In this document: in pieces, positions 29,064-38,781 of the stretch
How the letters are laid out: each line of letters opens with the position of its first letter
Numbering within the stretch: the stretch's first letter is position 1
Assembly: GCA_041662245.1 (NCBI GenBank)
Contig: JBAZSW010000005.1
Coordinates: 57,837 to 121,836, forward strand
DNA from: Parcubacteria group bacterium
GTDB taxonomy: Bacteria; Patescibacteriota; Minisyncoccia; Moranbacterales; UBA9337
DNA length: 64,000 nucleotides
Direction: 5' to 3'
Program-made: the position numbers and the translations under genes
Notes under the pieces: generated by a model
Told to the model about the DNA's origin: nothing
Database searches by the model: none
The model's input: only the letters and a program-made list of their open reading frames with translations

Positions 29064-30785
29064 ATGAAAGAGATTATAAAGAATGGAATTATAGAAGTAA
29101 CAAAGGAAATTATTTCTCAATATGGAAGTGAAAAAGATTTTAATTTTGAAGAATTAAATTTTGAAATAAATTTTGTCAAAGAAGAAAAATTTGGAGATCT
29201 ATCCTCCAATGTCGCGATGATGCTAGCGGGAAAATTAAAAATAAGTCCGATGCAAATAGCTACTGAAATTGCAAAATTATTAGAAATTAAAAGTATTGAG
29301 AATATAGACAAGGTAGAAGTAGCGGTTCCCGGATATATTAATTTTTATTTGGCTAAAGAATATTTTAATCAGGAGATTAAAAATGTTTTAGATTTGGATG
29401 AAAAATGGGGAGAGACCAATCAGCTGGATAATAAAACGTATATTTTTGAACATTCCTCGCCCAATTTATTTAAGCCTTTTCATATCGGGCATTTAGTCAA
29501 TAATGCTATCGGCGAATCACTGTCGAGAATTGTTAAAAAATCTGGCGCACAAGTAACCAGACTCTCTTTTCCTTCGGATATTTCTCCGGGAATTGCCAAA
29601 ACTGTTTGGGCTATAAAAGAAAAAAATTGGCAAGAGGAGATGACAATTGAAAGAATTGGGGAGGCCTATGTTTATGGCACAAAGGAATACAAAGAAAATA
29701 AAAAATCTAAAGCAGAGATAGATGCTATTAATAAAGCTTTGTATTTAAAAGAAGAATCGACTGAATTGGAAATTTATAAAAAAGGACAGGCACTTTCTTT
29801 GGATTATTTTAAGGAAATAACAGCCCGATTAGGCTCTAGCTTTGATAGACTAATTTTTGAGTCTGAGTCAGAAGTGGTGGGTAAGGAAATTGTTAAAGAA
29901 AATATTCCAGATATTTTTAGAGAGTCTGAGGGTGCGATAATTTTTCCTGGTTCAGAGTACGGACTCTTTGATAATGTTTTTATCAATTCACAAGGATTTG
30001 GCACTTATCTAACTAAGGATATCGGACTTCTAAAAATAAAATTTGATAAATTTAAATTTGATAAATCGGTAACTATCACCGATGTTGAGCAAAAAGAGCA
30101 TTTTCGATTAGTTAAAAAAGCTGGCGAGTTGGTAAATAAAGAATGGGCGGATAAAAGCGAATATATCCAGCATGGAAGATTGAGTTTTTCGGGAGAAAAA
30201 ATCTCTTCTCGTTTAGGTAATGTTCCGTTAGCACAAGACTTGATCGAAAAAGTAAAAGATAAAATTTTAGCTAAAATTAAAGGGCAAGATTTCCCAGAAG
30301 AAGAAAAAAATGAGATAGCTGAAAAAGTGGCTATCGGAGCTTTGAAGTATTCTATTTTAAAATGTGGTGCAGGCAAGAATATTATCTTTGATTTTGAAAA
30401 AGCCACGGCTTTTGAGGGAGATACCGGACCTTATTTGCAGTACGCTCTAGTGAGAGCTAATTCTATTTTGAATAATGCCAAAGAATTGGAAATTGAAGAT
30501 AAATTAGAGTTAGAAGAAAGAAAAGGGGAAACTCCCTTGGTGGAAAAAATGATTTTAAAATTTCCCGCTTCAGTCAGCGACGCTTTGCGTGATAATTCTC
30601 CTCATCACGTGGCCAATTATCTTTATAATTTGGCTTCAGAGTTTAGTTCTTTTTACGCCCAGACAAAAATTCTCGACACCACTAATCCAGATTTTAAAAA
30701 TAATTTAGCCCTAGTTCGCGCGATGCAGATAACTTTGAGAAATGGGTTGGAATTGTTGGGAATGGAGACGTTAAAGAGGATGTAA
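29064..30785 (+). CDS. argS: Arginine--tRNA ligase
   Basis: SSPNLFKPFHIGH, KISSRLG, FEGDTGPYLQYA. Confidence 0.96.
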   Translation: MKEIIKNGIIEVTKEIISQYGSEKDFNFEELNFEINFVKEEKFGDLSSNVAMMLAGKLKISPMQIATEIAKLLEIKSIENIDKVEVAVPGYINFYLAKEYFNQEIKNVLDLDEKWGETNQLDNKTYIFEHSSPNLFKPFHIGHLVNNAIGESLSRIVKKSGAQVTRLSFPSDISPGIAKTVWAIKEKNWQEEMTIERIGEAYVYGTKEYKENKKSKAEIDAINKALYLKEESTELEIYKKGQALSLDYFKEITARLGSSFDRLIFESESEVVGKEIVKENIPDIFRESEGAIIFPGSEYGLFDNVFINSQGFGTYLTKDIGLLKIKFDKFKFDKSVTITDVEQKEHFRLVKKAGELVNKEWADKSEYIQHGRLSFSGEKISSRLGNVPLAQDLIEKVKDKILAKIKGQDFPEEEKNEIAEKVAIGALKYSILKCGAGKNIIFDFEKATAFEGDTGPYLQYALVRANSILNNAKELEIEDKLELEERKGETPLVEKMILKFPASVSDALRDNSPHHVANYLYNLASEFSSFYAQTKILDTTNPDFKNNLALVRAMQITLRNGLELLGMETLKRM

Positions 30786-30834
30786 AGGGCAGTTTATAAA
30801 GTTTTTAAAGTTCCTAAGGTTTATAAAGTGGAGC

Positions 30835-30982
30835 TGTCATTTTGACCGGATAAATTTATGCCTATCATGTTGAATAACATGGTACTCATAAATTTAGGAG
30901 TGAAGAAATCTACATATTTTATAGCTGAGATTCCTCCATTTCCAAATATTTGAGTACAAAGATTTATCCAGTCGGAATGACA
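30835..30982. repeat. Inverted pair of REP-like elements
   Basis: 30927-30982 is a near reverse complement of 17044-17099. Confidence 0.8.
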
Positions 30983-31043
30983 CACATGAAGTATTTGTTT
31001 TAATGTTTTTATTTATAATTCATCCCATTAATGTAAGATTCAT

Positions 31044-31649
31044 ATGACCAAATATATTTTAAATTCAGGTAATGCGAAAAATTTTCCCCAAAAGGAAATT
31101 GCTTTTATTAACGAAATATTAGCTGATTTCAAACTAGGCAGTGAAGTAAAAATTCTATATTGCTTTTTTTCTCAAGCACGGGGAGGTTGGGAAGAAAAAT
31201 ATGAAAAATATAAAGAAAGGTTTTTGCAATTAGCTGGTTCAAAATTTAAATTAACTTTTAAACTAGCTTTCCCAGAAAAATTTGAAGAGCAATCTCAATC
31301 TAGCGATGTTATCTTGGTTCAGGGTGGAGATGATTATCTTTTGCAATTTTGGCTTAGTAAATTTGATTTGCCAAAAATTTGGAATGGGAAAATTGTAGCA
31401 ACCAGTTCGGCTGGATCAGATGCTCTAGCTAATTCATTTTGGACTTGTGATTGGCGAAAGAGTTTAAATGGATTAAATATTTTGCCAATTAAATTTATTC
31501 CTCATTACAAATCTGAGACTTATGGATTGGATGATTCGCGTGGACCGATTGACTGGGAAAAAGCTTATCAAGAAATTTCTCAATACGGAGATAAAAACCT
31601 GCCAATTTATGCATTAGAGGAAGGTGATTTTATTGTTTTTAGGCAATAG
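31044..31649 (+). CDS. Peptidase S51 / class I glutamine amidotransferase-like protein
   Basis: VQGGD, TSSAGS nucleophile elbow, FIPHY. Confidence 0.8.
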   Translation: MTKYILNSGNAKNFPQKEIAFINEILADFKLGSEVKILYCFFSQARGGWEEKYEKYKERFLQLAGSKFKLTFKLAFPEKFEEQSQSSDVILVQGGDDYLLQFWLSKFDLPKIWNGKIVATSSAGSDALANSFWTCDWRKSLNGLNILPIKFIPHYKSETYGLDDSRGPIDWEKAYQEISQYGDKNLPIYALEEGDFIVFRQ

Positions 31650-31662
31650 GATAATCGGAAAT

Positions 31663-31859
31663 TGTCATTTCGACCGGACAAAGCTGTGTACTCAAAGATT
31701 TGGAAGTGGAGAAATCTAGTGTTACGTATAATGGATGGCTATTAATTTGAGATTTCTGTGCCACCGCTAAAGCTTTAGCGACACGCGGTCCGTGCATGAA
31801 TTTCCGATTACCCCAGTTATTCAACGGAGCAGGCAGAAATTTATTTAGTCGAGAGGACA
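31663..31859. repeat. Inverted pair of REP-like elements
   Basis: Near copies of 17044-17099 and 17136-17207 including CTGTGCCACCGCTAAAGCTTTAGCGACACGCGGTCC. Confidence 0.8.
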
Positions 31860-32048
31860 TGTTTTTATCAATTTGCACCAATGTTATTGATTTTTCTTTT
31901 ATTTTTCTCTATTATAATTAGAGGAGTAAATTAACAATTTATAAAAATATCAACTCAAGTAAGAACAATGTTGTCTTCTCAAGAAAACAGAGAGGTTTGG
32001 TAGAATAGGGAAATAAAGGAAGAAAATCTTAAATTATGGAGAGAGGAT

Positions 32049-32330
32049 ATGTGTAGGGAATTGGATTTGAATAAGTTGTATTATTTTGGATTGACGTTGG
32101 ACAGTAGTGATAAGAGCGCTTTGATAGATAGGGTTGTCTTGATAATACCAAAACGTGATGATGGAGCCAGTGGGTATTGGTGTGCATTTTTTCGCCGAGG
32201 GCAATATTCTTTGGGTTATTCCGATGGATGCGAAGGTGAGATTTACCCCATTGAAAACATTGAGGAACATCTTGTTGGCGCTGGAGTGGATATTTCAGAG
32301 ATAAGGGGAAAGTTAAATTTTTTGGAATGA
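32049..32330 (+). CDS. Hypothetical protein
   Basis: Purine-rich RBS, hairpin downstream. Confidence 0.5.
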   Translation: MCRELDLNKLYYFGLTLDSSDKSALIDRVVLIIPKRDDGASGYWCAFFRRGQYSLGYSDGCEGEIYPIENIEEHLVGAGVDISEIRGKLNFLE

Positions 32331-32386
32331 AATTCAGCACTTGTAAAAGGAGATCAACGCAGTGCGTAGGTCTCCTAAATTATTTA

Positions 32387-32413
32387 TTAGCACTCGCTCT
32401 TGACGAGTGCTAA
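32387..32413 (+). promoter_or_regulatory. CIRCE element (HrcA operator)
   Basis: Exact TTAGCACTC-N9-GAGTGCTAA upstream of hrcA. Confidence 0.97.
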
Positions 32414-32505
32414 TTTTTTGTTATAATTAAATTGTAACAGTTATAAAGTTCATAAAGTTTTTAAAGTTGTAAGGTTTGTAAAGTTGAGAAAACTATATTA
32501 TAGAC

Positions 32506-33252
32506 ATGAATAAACGACAAGAAAAAATCTTAGAGTGCATCGTGGAAGAGTATACTTCGACCGCTGTTCCGATTGGCTCTAAAATTTTAGTAGAAAAATA
32601 TGGTATAGATGCCAGTAGCGCCACAATTAGAAATGAGATGGCGGAATTGGAAGAATTGGGTTATTTATATCAACCCCACATTAGTGCGGGTAGAATCCCA
32701 ACTGATAAGGGTTATCGTTATTTTGTGGAAGAATTAATGAAAGATAAAGAATTAAGCAAGAGAGAACAACTGAAGTTACAAGAGGAATTATTGAAATTGA
32801 AAGCTAAAAATATGCGACTTTCCAGAACGAGCGCAAAATTACTTTCAGGTATTACAGGTAATCTGGCAATTAGCGGAATATTAGACAAAGATGAATTTGA
32901 TGATTTTGGAATGAGTGATTTATTAAGTGAACCTGAGTTTCAGAAATTGGATGAAATCTGCCGTTTGACAGAAACAATGGATTATATTGATGAGATGTTT
33001 GATAAAATTGTAAAAGAAATTAAAGAAGGGGAAACGAAAATATTTATCGGCTTAGAAAACCCTGTTAGCAAAATTTCTAGTTGTTCAATGATTGTTTCGC
33101 CCTATAAATTAAAAAATGGCCAGCAAGGGGTGCTAGCCTTGATTGGTCCGAAAAGAATGAAGTATGCCAAAAATAAATCATTAATAGAATATATTAAGAA
33201 GATAGTAGGAGGAGCGAGTGCTGTAGTGTTGATAGCTTATACCTTGACTTAA
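32506..33252 (+). CDS. hrcA: Heat-inducible transcription repressor HrcA (short form)
   Basis: SSATIRNEMAELE, QPHISAGRIPTDKGYR, IGPKRMKY. Confidence 0.95.
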   Translation: MNKRQEKILECIVEEYTSTAVPIGSKILVEKYGIDASSATIRNEMAELEELGYLYQPHISAGRIPTDKGYRYFVEELMKDKELSKREQLKLQEELLKLKAKNMRLSRTSAKLLSGITGNLAISGILDKDEFDDFGMSDLLSEPEFQKLDEICRLTETMDYIDEMFDKIVKEIKEGETKIFIGLENPVSKISSCSMIVSPYKLKNGQQGVLALIGPKRMKYAKNKSLIEYIKKIVGGASAVVLIAYTLT

Positions 33253-33326
33253 GAGGTGTTGCTGGGGTGAATTACGAATTAAGTATTATGAAATAAGATT
33301 TAAGATTTATGATTTAAGAAAAAAAT

Positions 33327-34232
33327 ATGAAAAAGGAAAATAAAAAAGAAGAAATAGAAGAAAAAGGATGGTCGATGCAATTGACCGTCAAGGCTGTAGT
33401 TGTAGATAAAGATGGAAAAATTCTCTTGCTCAAAAGAGCTGACAAGGAAGTAACTAATGGTGCTAAATATGACTTGCCTGGTGGAGGAATTGAAAAGGGA
33501 GAGAATGTAAAAAATTCACTAAAAAGAGAATTATTAGAAGAGCTTGGATTAGACAATATAGAAATTGGAGCAGTTATTAGAATAAGTGAATATCCAGAAG
33601 GTCATAAAAAAATGGATGAACTGAAAGCAATTAGATTTATCGCCTATTACAACGGTGGAGAAATAAAATTAAATCCCCGCGAGCATAGCGGATATGAGTG
33701 GCTAAATTTTGAGGAAGCGATAAAAAAATTAAACACTGGCGATGGGTTTGAAGAAGAAAAAATGGAGACCATCAAAGAAGCACAAAAATATTTATTGATG
33801 CAGGAGTCTTTAGATGGGTGGAAGAGAAGTTTGGCAGAATTTGAAAATTATAAAAAGATGCAAGCCGAAAGCCAAAAAGATAGAATTCGTTATGCGACTG
33901 AAAATATTGTGATGCAGATTATACCCGTCATCGATAACTTCCAAACTTCGACTGCGCACATTCCCGAAGATCAAAAAGATAATCCCTGGGTGACTGGTAT
34001 AATGTATATTCAAAAGCAGCTGGAAAACGTACTGGTAGAAAATGGGGTAGAAGAAATTAATTTAAAAGTTGGAGATAATTTTGATACTAAATATTGTGAG
34101 GCGGTACTCGATAATGAATGTGATGAATGTAAGGATAAGGAAAAATATAAGAATAAGATTAGCAAAGTTATTTTAAAAGGTTATAAAATTGGAGATAAAG
34201 TGATTCGAGCAGCGCGAGTAATTGTAAAATAA
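33327..34232 (+). CDS. grpE: NUDIX hydrolase-GrpE fusion
   Basis: NUDIX box GGGIEKGENVKNSLKRELLEELG; GrpE AEFENYKK and GYKIGDKVIRAARVIV. Confidence 0.88.
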   Translation: MKKENKKEEIEEKGWSMQLTVKAVVVDKDGKILLLKRADKEVTNGAKYDLPGGGIEKGENVKNSLKRELLEELGLDNIEIGAVIRISEYPEGHKKMDELKAIRFIAYYNGGEIKLNPREHSGYEWLNFEEAIKKLNTGDGFEEEKMETIKEAQKYLLMQESLDGWKRSLAEFENYKKMQAESQKDRIRYATENIVMQIIPVIDNFQTSTAHIPEDQKDNPWVTGIMYIQKQLENVLVENGVEEINLKVGDNFDTKYCEAVLDNECDECKDKEKYKNKISKVILKGYKIGDKVIRAARVIVK

Positions 34233-34380
34233 AAAACCACCCTCTAAGAGATTGCTCTAAGGCGAGGGCGGTTATGCGGGGGGGATAAGAAGAGGAAGAG
34301 CTGGTAGTTGAATGTTTTTTAGGAGGTGATATAGGGGTGGAGAGAAGTTTCTCTCCGAAAAATAATTCAACTTACCAGCT
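34231..34380 (-). ncRNA. Putative structured small RNA carrying anti-SD sequences
   Basis: Own promoter, 5' stem AGCTGGTAAGTTGAAT/ATTCAACTACCAGCT, intrinsic terminator with U-tract, ATCACCTCCT in loop. Confidence 0.55.
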
Positions 34381-34386
34381 ACTAAA

Positions 34387-34415
34387 AGATTAGACTATTT
34401 ATATTAAAAAGTCAA
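34387..34415 (-). promoter_or_regulatory. Sigma70-type promoter for the putative sRNA
   Basis: TTGACT-N17-TAATCT. Confidence 0.6.
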
Positions 34416-34498
34416 GTAATAATTAATAATTAAAATAAGTAATAAAGATTTTAGCTAATTATAACCAAAAAACTAATCAGCTAAAAACTAAAAAAAAT

Positions 34499-36415
34499 AT
34501 GGGTAAAATATTAGGAATTGATCTGGGAACTACTAATAGTGCGATGGCAATTGTTTCGGGCGGTAAGCCAGAAATAATTGAAAACAAGGAGGGAAATCGA
34601 ACCACTCCTTCAATGATAGCAGTCAATAAAGGTGGAGAAAGATTGGTGGGATTACTTGCTAAACGTCAAGCAGTAACTAATCATGAAAATACTTTGTTTT
34701 CAATCAAGAGATTGATTGGAAGAAAGTTTGATGATAAAGATGTTCAAGAGGACATTAAATTGATGCCGTTTAAAATTTCCAAAGCATCAAATGGTGGTAT
34801 CAATGTAAAAATGGGAGATAAAGAATATACCCCGCGAGAAATTTCCGCGATGGTACTGCAAAAACTTAAAGCGGATGCGGAAGAAAAATTGGGAGAAAAA
34901 ATTGAAGAAGCGGTAATTACTGTGCCAGCATATTTTGATGATTCTCAAAGAAAAGAAACTAAAGAAGCTGGAGAAATCGCAGGGCTAAAAGTAAAGAGAA
35001 TTATTAATGAACCTACGGCGGCCGCTTTGGCTTACGGATTTGATAAAAAGAAAAATGAAAAAATTGCTGTTTATGATTTGGGAGGAGGAACTTTTGATAT
35101 TAGTATTTTGGAAGTGGGAGATGATACCGTGGAAGTAATCAGCACCAATGGAGACACCCATTTGGGAGGAGATGATTTTGATCAGGTTCTTATCAATTGG
35201 ATTATTGACGAATTTAAAAAGCAAGAAGGGATTGATTTAGGAAAAGATAATTTGGCTTTGCAAAGAATTAAAGAATCGGCCGAAAAAGCCAAAATTGAAC
35301 TTTCTACTGCTCAAGAAACAGAAATTAATCAACCTTTCATAACTACTGATGCCAACGGTCCGAAACATTTAGTAATGAAACTAACTCGCTCCAAAATGGA
35401 AGAATTGGTGGGAGATTTGGTAATTAAAACCATGGAGCCAGTTAAAAAAGCTCTCAAGGATGCTAAGCTGGAAACCAAAGATATTAATGAAATCGTGATG
35501 GTAGGAGGAATGACTCGTATGCCACTTGTCCAAAAGAAAGTAGAGGAATTTTTTGGCAAGAAACCTAATTCTAGTGTAAATCCTGACGAAGTAGTGGCGA
35601 TGGGCGCAGCCATTCAAGGTGGGGTATTAGCCGGTGATGTAAAAGATGTATTGCTACTTGATGTAACACCACTAACACTGGGAATTGAAACAATGGGAGG
35701 TGTGTCTACAGCTTTGATTGAAAGAAATACAACTGTACCAACCAAAAAATCTCAAATTTTTTCTACGGCGGCCGATAATCAACCTAGTGTGGAAATTCAT
35801 GTGCTTCAAGGAGAAAGAGAAATGGCAGAGGGTAATAAAACCTTAGGAAGATTTATTTTAGATGGTATCGCACCGTCTCCTCGAGGAATTCCGCAAGTGG
35901 AGGTAACTTTTGATATTGATGCTAATGGAATTTTAAGTGTGAGTGCTAAAGATAAAGCAACTGGCAAAGAGCAATCAATTCGAATTGAAGCGTCTAGCGG
36001 AGTGAGTAAAGAAGAAATTGAAAGAATGAAACAGGATGCGCAGGTACATGCCGAAGAAGATAAAAAACGCAAAGAAAAAGTAGAGGCTAAAAATATTGCC
36101 GAGAGTCTAGTGTACTCCACGGAAAAAGCCCTGAAAGATTCTGGGGATAAAATTAGTGAAGATAAAAAGAAGCCAGTAATTGAAAAAATGGAAGCCTTAA
36201 AAGAAGTTCTAAAGAAAGAAGAATCAACTACGGAAGATATAAAGAAGGCAACAGAAGAATTTTCGACTGAAGCACAAAAGATTGGTGAAGAACTTTATAA
36301 AGCGGCACAACCTACACCAGAAGCTTCCGCCTCCGCTGAAGCTACGGGCGAGACGAAGGAAGATAATGTGAAGGATGCGGAGACTGAACCAAAAAAGGAT
36401 GAGGATAAAAAATAA
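34499..36415 (+). CDS. dnaK: Chaperone DnaK
   Basis: [24 protein letters not shown]. Confidence 0.99.
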   Translation: MGKILGIDLGTTNSAMAIVSGGKPEIIENKEGNRTTPSMIAVNKGGERLVGLLAKRQAVTNHENTLFSIKRLIGRKFDDKDVQEDIKLMPFKISKASNGGINVKMGDKEYTPREISAMVLQKLKADAEEKLGEKIEEAVITVPAYFDDSQRKETKEAGEIAGLKVKRIINEPTAAALAYGFDKKKNEKIAVYDLGGGTFDISILEVGDDTVEVISTNGDTHLGGDDFDQVLINWIIDEFKKQEGIDLGKDNLALQRIKESAEKAKIELSTAQETEINQPFITTDANGPKHLVMKLTRSKMEELVGDLVIKTMEPVKKALKDAKLETKDINEIVMVGGMTRMPLVQKKVEEFFGKKPNSSVNPDEVVAMGAAIQGGVLAGDVKDVLLLDVTPLTLGIETMGGVSTALIERNTTVPTKKSQIFSTAADNQPSVEIHVLQGEREMAEGNKTLGRFILDGIAPSPRGIPQVEVTFDIDANGILSVSAKDKATGKEQSIRIEASSGVSKEEIERMKQDAQVHAEEDKKRKEKVEAKNIAESLVYSTEKALKDSGDKISEDKKKPVIEKMEALKEVLKKEESTTEDIKKATEEFSTEAQKIGEELYKAAQPTPEASASAEATGETKEDNVKDAETEPKKDEDKK

Positions 36416-36421
36416 ATAACT

Positions 36422-36449
36422 AAACGGGAGTTCTTGCTCCCGTTTTTTT
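36422..36449 (+). terminator. Intrinsic terminator after dnaK
   Basis: AAACGGGAG-ttcttg-CTCCCGTTT followed by T-run. Confidence 0.85.
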
Positions 36450-36532
36450 ATCTTGTCATTTTTTCAGAAAGGGAAATCTAAAATTAAAAAACGACCTCGG
36501 GTGAGATCGTTTGGATTGTCCATGATAAGACT

Positions 36533-36721
36533 TTAGCATCGGCATTGCCTCAAATCAGAAAATGTTGCGTTACATGAGCGGCAATGATATTTATCTGGTC
36601 GAGATATTTGAGAAGTGTTTAGGCTTGTCTTTCCTTGGGCTGGATTGGTTTCAACGTCAGAACTGCTACAGTTAGGACAAGCCATTTTTGGAGGCTCCCA
36701 TTTGGCTAGCTTTCTTAGCAT
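36533..36721 (-). CDS. Small zinc-ribbon protein
   Basis: CPNC...CRSC; AAGGA RBS. Confidence 0.65.
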   Translation of the reverse strand: MLRKLAKWEPPKMACPNCSSSDVETNPAQGKTSLNTSQISRPDKYHCRSCNATFSDLRQCRC

Positions 36722-36736
36722 AATGTTGTTTCCTTT

Positions 36737-36908
36737 TTAGGTGAGTATCGGTGGCAGAAATTTACGAAATAACTCTCCACATGAGCGACATTTGTTTTTA
36801 ATTGTTCTGGCTTTGATGCCATCTTTTTTTAAAAAAGTGGTATTTCTCAAAACAATTGCTCGCTCCGCAATAGGGACAGCGTCTCTTGTCAACGATGTTT
36901 TTATTCAT
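36737..36908 (-). pseudogene. Frameshifted small zinc-ribbon protein
   Basis: CPYC in frame 0, CRSC in +1 frame; 172 nt = 57 codons + 1. Confidence 0.6.
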
Positions 36909-37113
36909 AGGGTATCTCCTTGTGTGATAGCGTAGTATCCCCAAAAAAATTTCCGCAGGTAAAACAGAACCATTTTGCATTCCGTAAAGAACAAGCGTCG
37001 ATATTATAATTTGGATTTAAAACGACACTTTCTTCGTTTTCTCCATCAGGATTGCAATAAGGGCAGAAAGGGCAGTCATCATGACTTGTGTCAATAAATT
37101 CATGAGTGTTCAT
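36901..37113 (-). CDS. Small zinc-ribbon protein
   Basis: CPFCPYC...CFTC; GAGG RBS. Confidence 0.65.
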   Translation of the reverse strand: MNTHEFIDTSHDDCPFCPYCNPDGENEESVVLNPNYNIDACSLRNAKWFCFTCGNFFGDTTLSHKEIPYE

Positions 37114-37138
37114 GGTAACCTCTTTGCGTAGAAAAATT

Positions 37139-37321
37139 TTAACCAAAATCATGTCCACAGCCAGAACAATAAAATTTTGTTATCCTAAAGCTATGAAGTT
37201 TCATTTTTTGAGCAGCAACGGTTTCTCTGATAGGGTTTTTTTTAACGTTTTTAGATGTTTTACACTCGGGACATTGGGGGCAAACGTTTTGTTTATCAGC
37301 TGACTTTTCTAATTGATTCAT
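37139..37321 (-). CDS. Small zinc-ribbon protein
   Basis: CPQCPEC...CSGC; GGGAG RBS. Confidence 0.65.
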   Translation of the reverse strand: MNQLEKSADKQNVCPQCPECKTSKNVKKNPIRETVAAQKMKLHSFRITKFYCSGCGHDFG

Positions 37322-37540
37322 ATTATCTCCCTTGTCTGAGGATTTAAAAGGTACTGCATTAGTTTATCTTTTGATTATATAAGATAATATAATTATATCA
37401 TATAGTCAAGCGTTAATTTCTTGAGTTCAAGTTTTAAAACATTGACAAAATCCTAAAAATATGATATTTTTGGAGGTCAATGTTTTTTTGACAATTAAAT
37501 AGAACGTATAAATATAAAACCCAAAATAGGAGGTGGGAAT

Positions 37541-38722
37541 ATGAAAAGAGCACAGTGCTTTATTTCAAAATATTCCCAGCTACTTAAGTTGGGGATGTGG
37601 ATAGGAATTATTTTCTGGGCCACTCAGTTGGGTGGTCAAGTTTGGAAAATTCATCAAGATAATAATCTTGTTCCGGAGCTCACTGCTTCGGAGAGAGAAA
37701 CTGTCAATAAGGAGTTGCTATCTTTTTATGAGAATCTTCTTTCTGTGGCTAAGTCCAAAGGTGAAAATTATGGTCCTAAGGATTATTTTATTGATCTTCG
37801 GTTGATCGAAAAGAAAACGGAAGAGATTCAACAAAAATATGCAATGGGGTCAATTTGGTCAAGATATGCTAGCGAATTGCAAAGTATGTCTATGCGTAAT
37901 ATTGAAAGACCAAACTCTAAATTTACTCACCAGCAGATTAGCGATGAGGCAAGGAAATATAGCGATGAATTAAAAAACGCAACATCAATTGAATTTCACG
38001 AGAAATTCAGATCAATGAGTTTCAGTGAAAAACAGGAGGCAGTAAAACAGTTTTGTCGCTTGAACCTTCCTAAATTGATAAGTTGGATTTTTATTCTCTA
38101 TGTGAGGGGGACACTTTTAGCTTGGTGTTTGTTTTCCTTGAGGATGTGTGAGCGAAAAGGAATTCTGGCTACGATACTGAGCGATAAAAAAAGGTTTGCG
38201 TTAGCAATGATTTTTTGGCCGTTCCTTTTGGCAAAATATCCTGCTAATGTAATTCGCGAGATTGTTGTTGAAGCTGAGCTTCGTAGAATCGGAAACTTTT
38301 TTCGGAGACTTACAACTGAAGAAAAAGAACTGGTTCGTCACGTGGCTCAAAGCAGAGGTTTCCTAGGGTGGATCAGACAGTTTCATAAAGATAATGTCTG
38401 TCTATTTCAGAGATCTTTTGCAATGGCTTTGGTGGCAGTTGCAATCGTTAACTTTGTCCATATCGAGGAGAGTAAGGCGGATGAAATAAATTCCATTAGG
38501 GCGGGGACATCCATTCAAATGGAAATTTCTCAAGATGATAATGCAGATTGTACGAGTCTTAAATCTAAGTTTTTTAAGACTGATGTGGACTATGCAATCT
38601 TTCTGGAAAAAAATCTTAATATTGTAACGCCTGCTGGTATTTCTGGGTTAGTAGTTTTTATGGAAAGGATCTTCCGAAAGCAGGAGTTTGTAAGAAAAAT
38701 AGATCATATTCCTATTTGCTAA
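37541..38722 (+). CDS. Hypothetical membrane protein
   Basis: 393-aa ORF, SD AGGAGGT, TTGACA promoter. Confidence 0.75.
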   Translation: MKRAQCFISKYSQLLKLGMWIGIIFWATQLGGQVWKIHQDNNLVPELTASERETVNKELLSFYENLLSVAKSKGENYGPKDYFIDLRLIEKKTEEIQQKYAMGSIWSRYASELQSMSMRNIERPNSKFTHQQISDEARKYSDELKNATSIEFHEKFRSMSFSEKQEAVKQFCRLNLPKLISWIFILYVRGTLLAWCLFSLRMCERKGILATILSDKKRFALAMIFWPFLLAKYPANVIREIVVEAELRRIGNFFRRLTTEEKELVRHVAQSRGFLGWIRQFHKDNVCLFQRSFAMALVAVAIVNFVHIEESKADEINSIRAGTSIQMEISQDDNADCTSLKSKFFKTDVDYAIFLEKNLNIVTPAGISGLVVFMERIFRKQEFVRKIDHIPIC

Positions 38723-38781
38723 TTTTATTGACCGGCTGTCACTGGAGTTAATAAAATTACTAAGCAAATAAGGAGAAAGCT

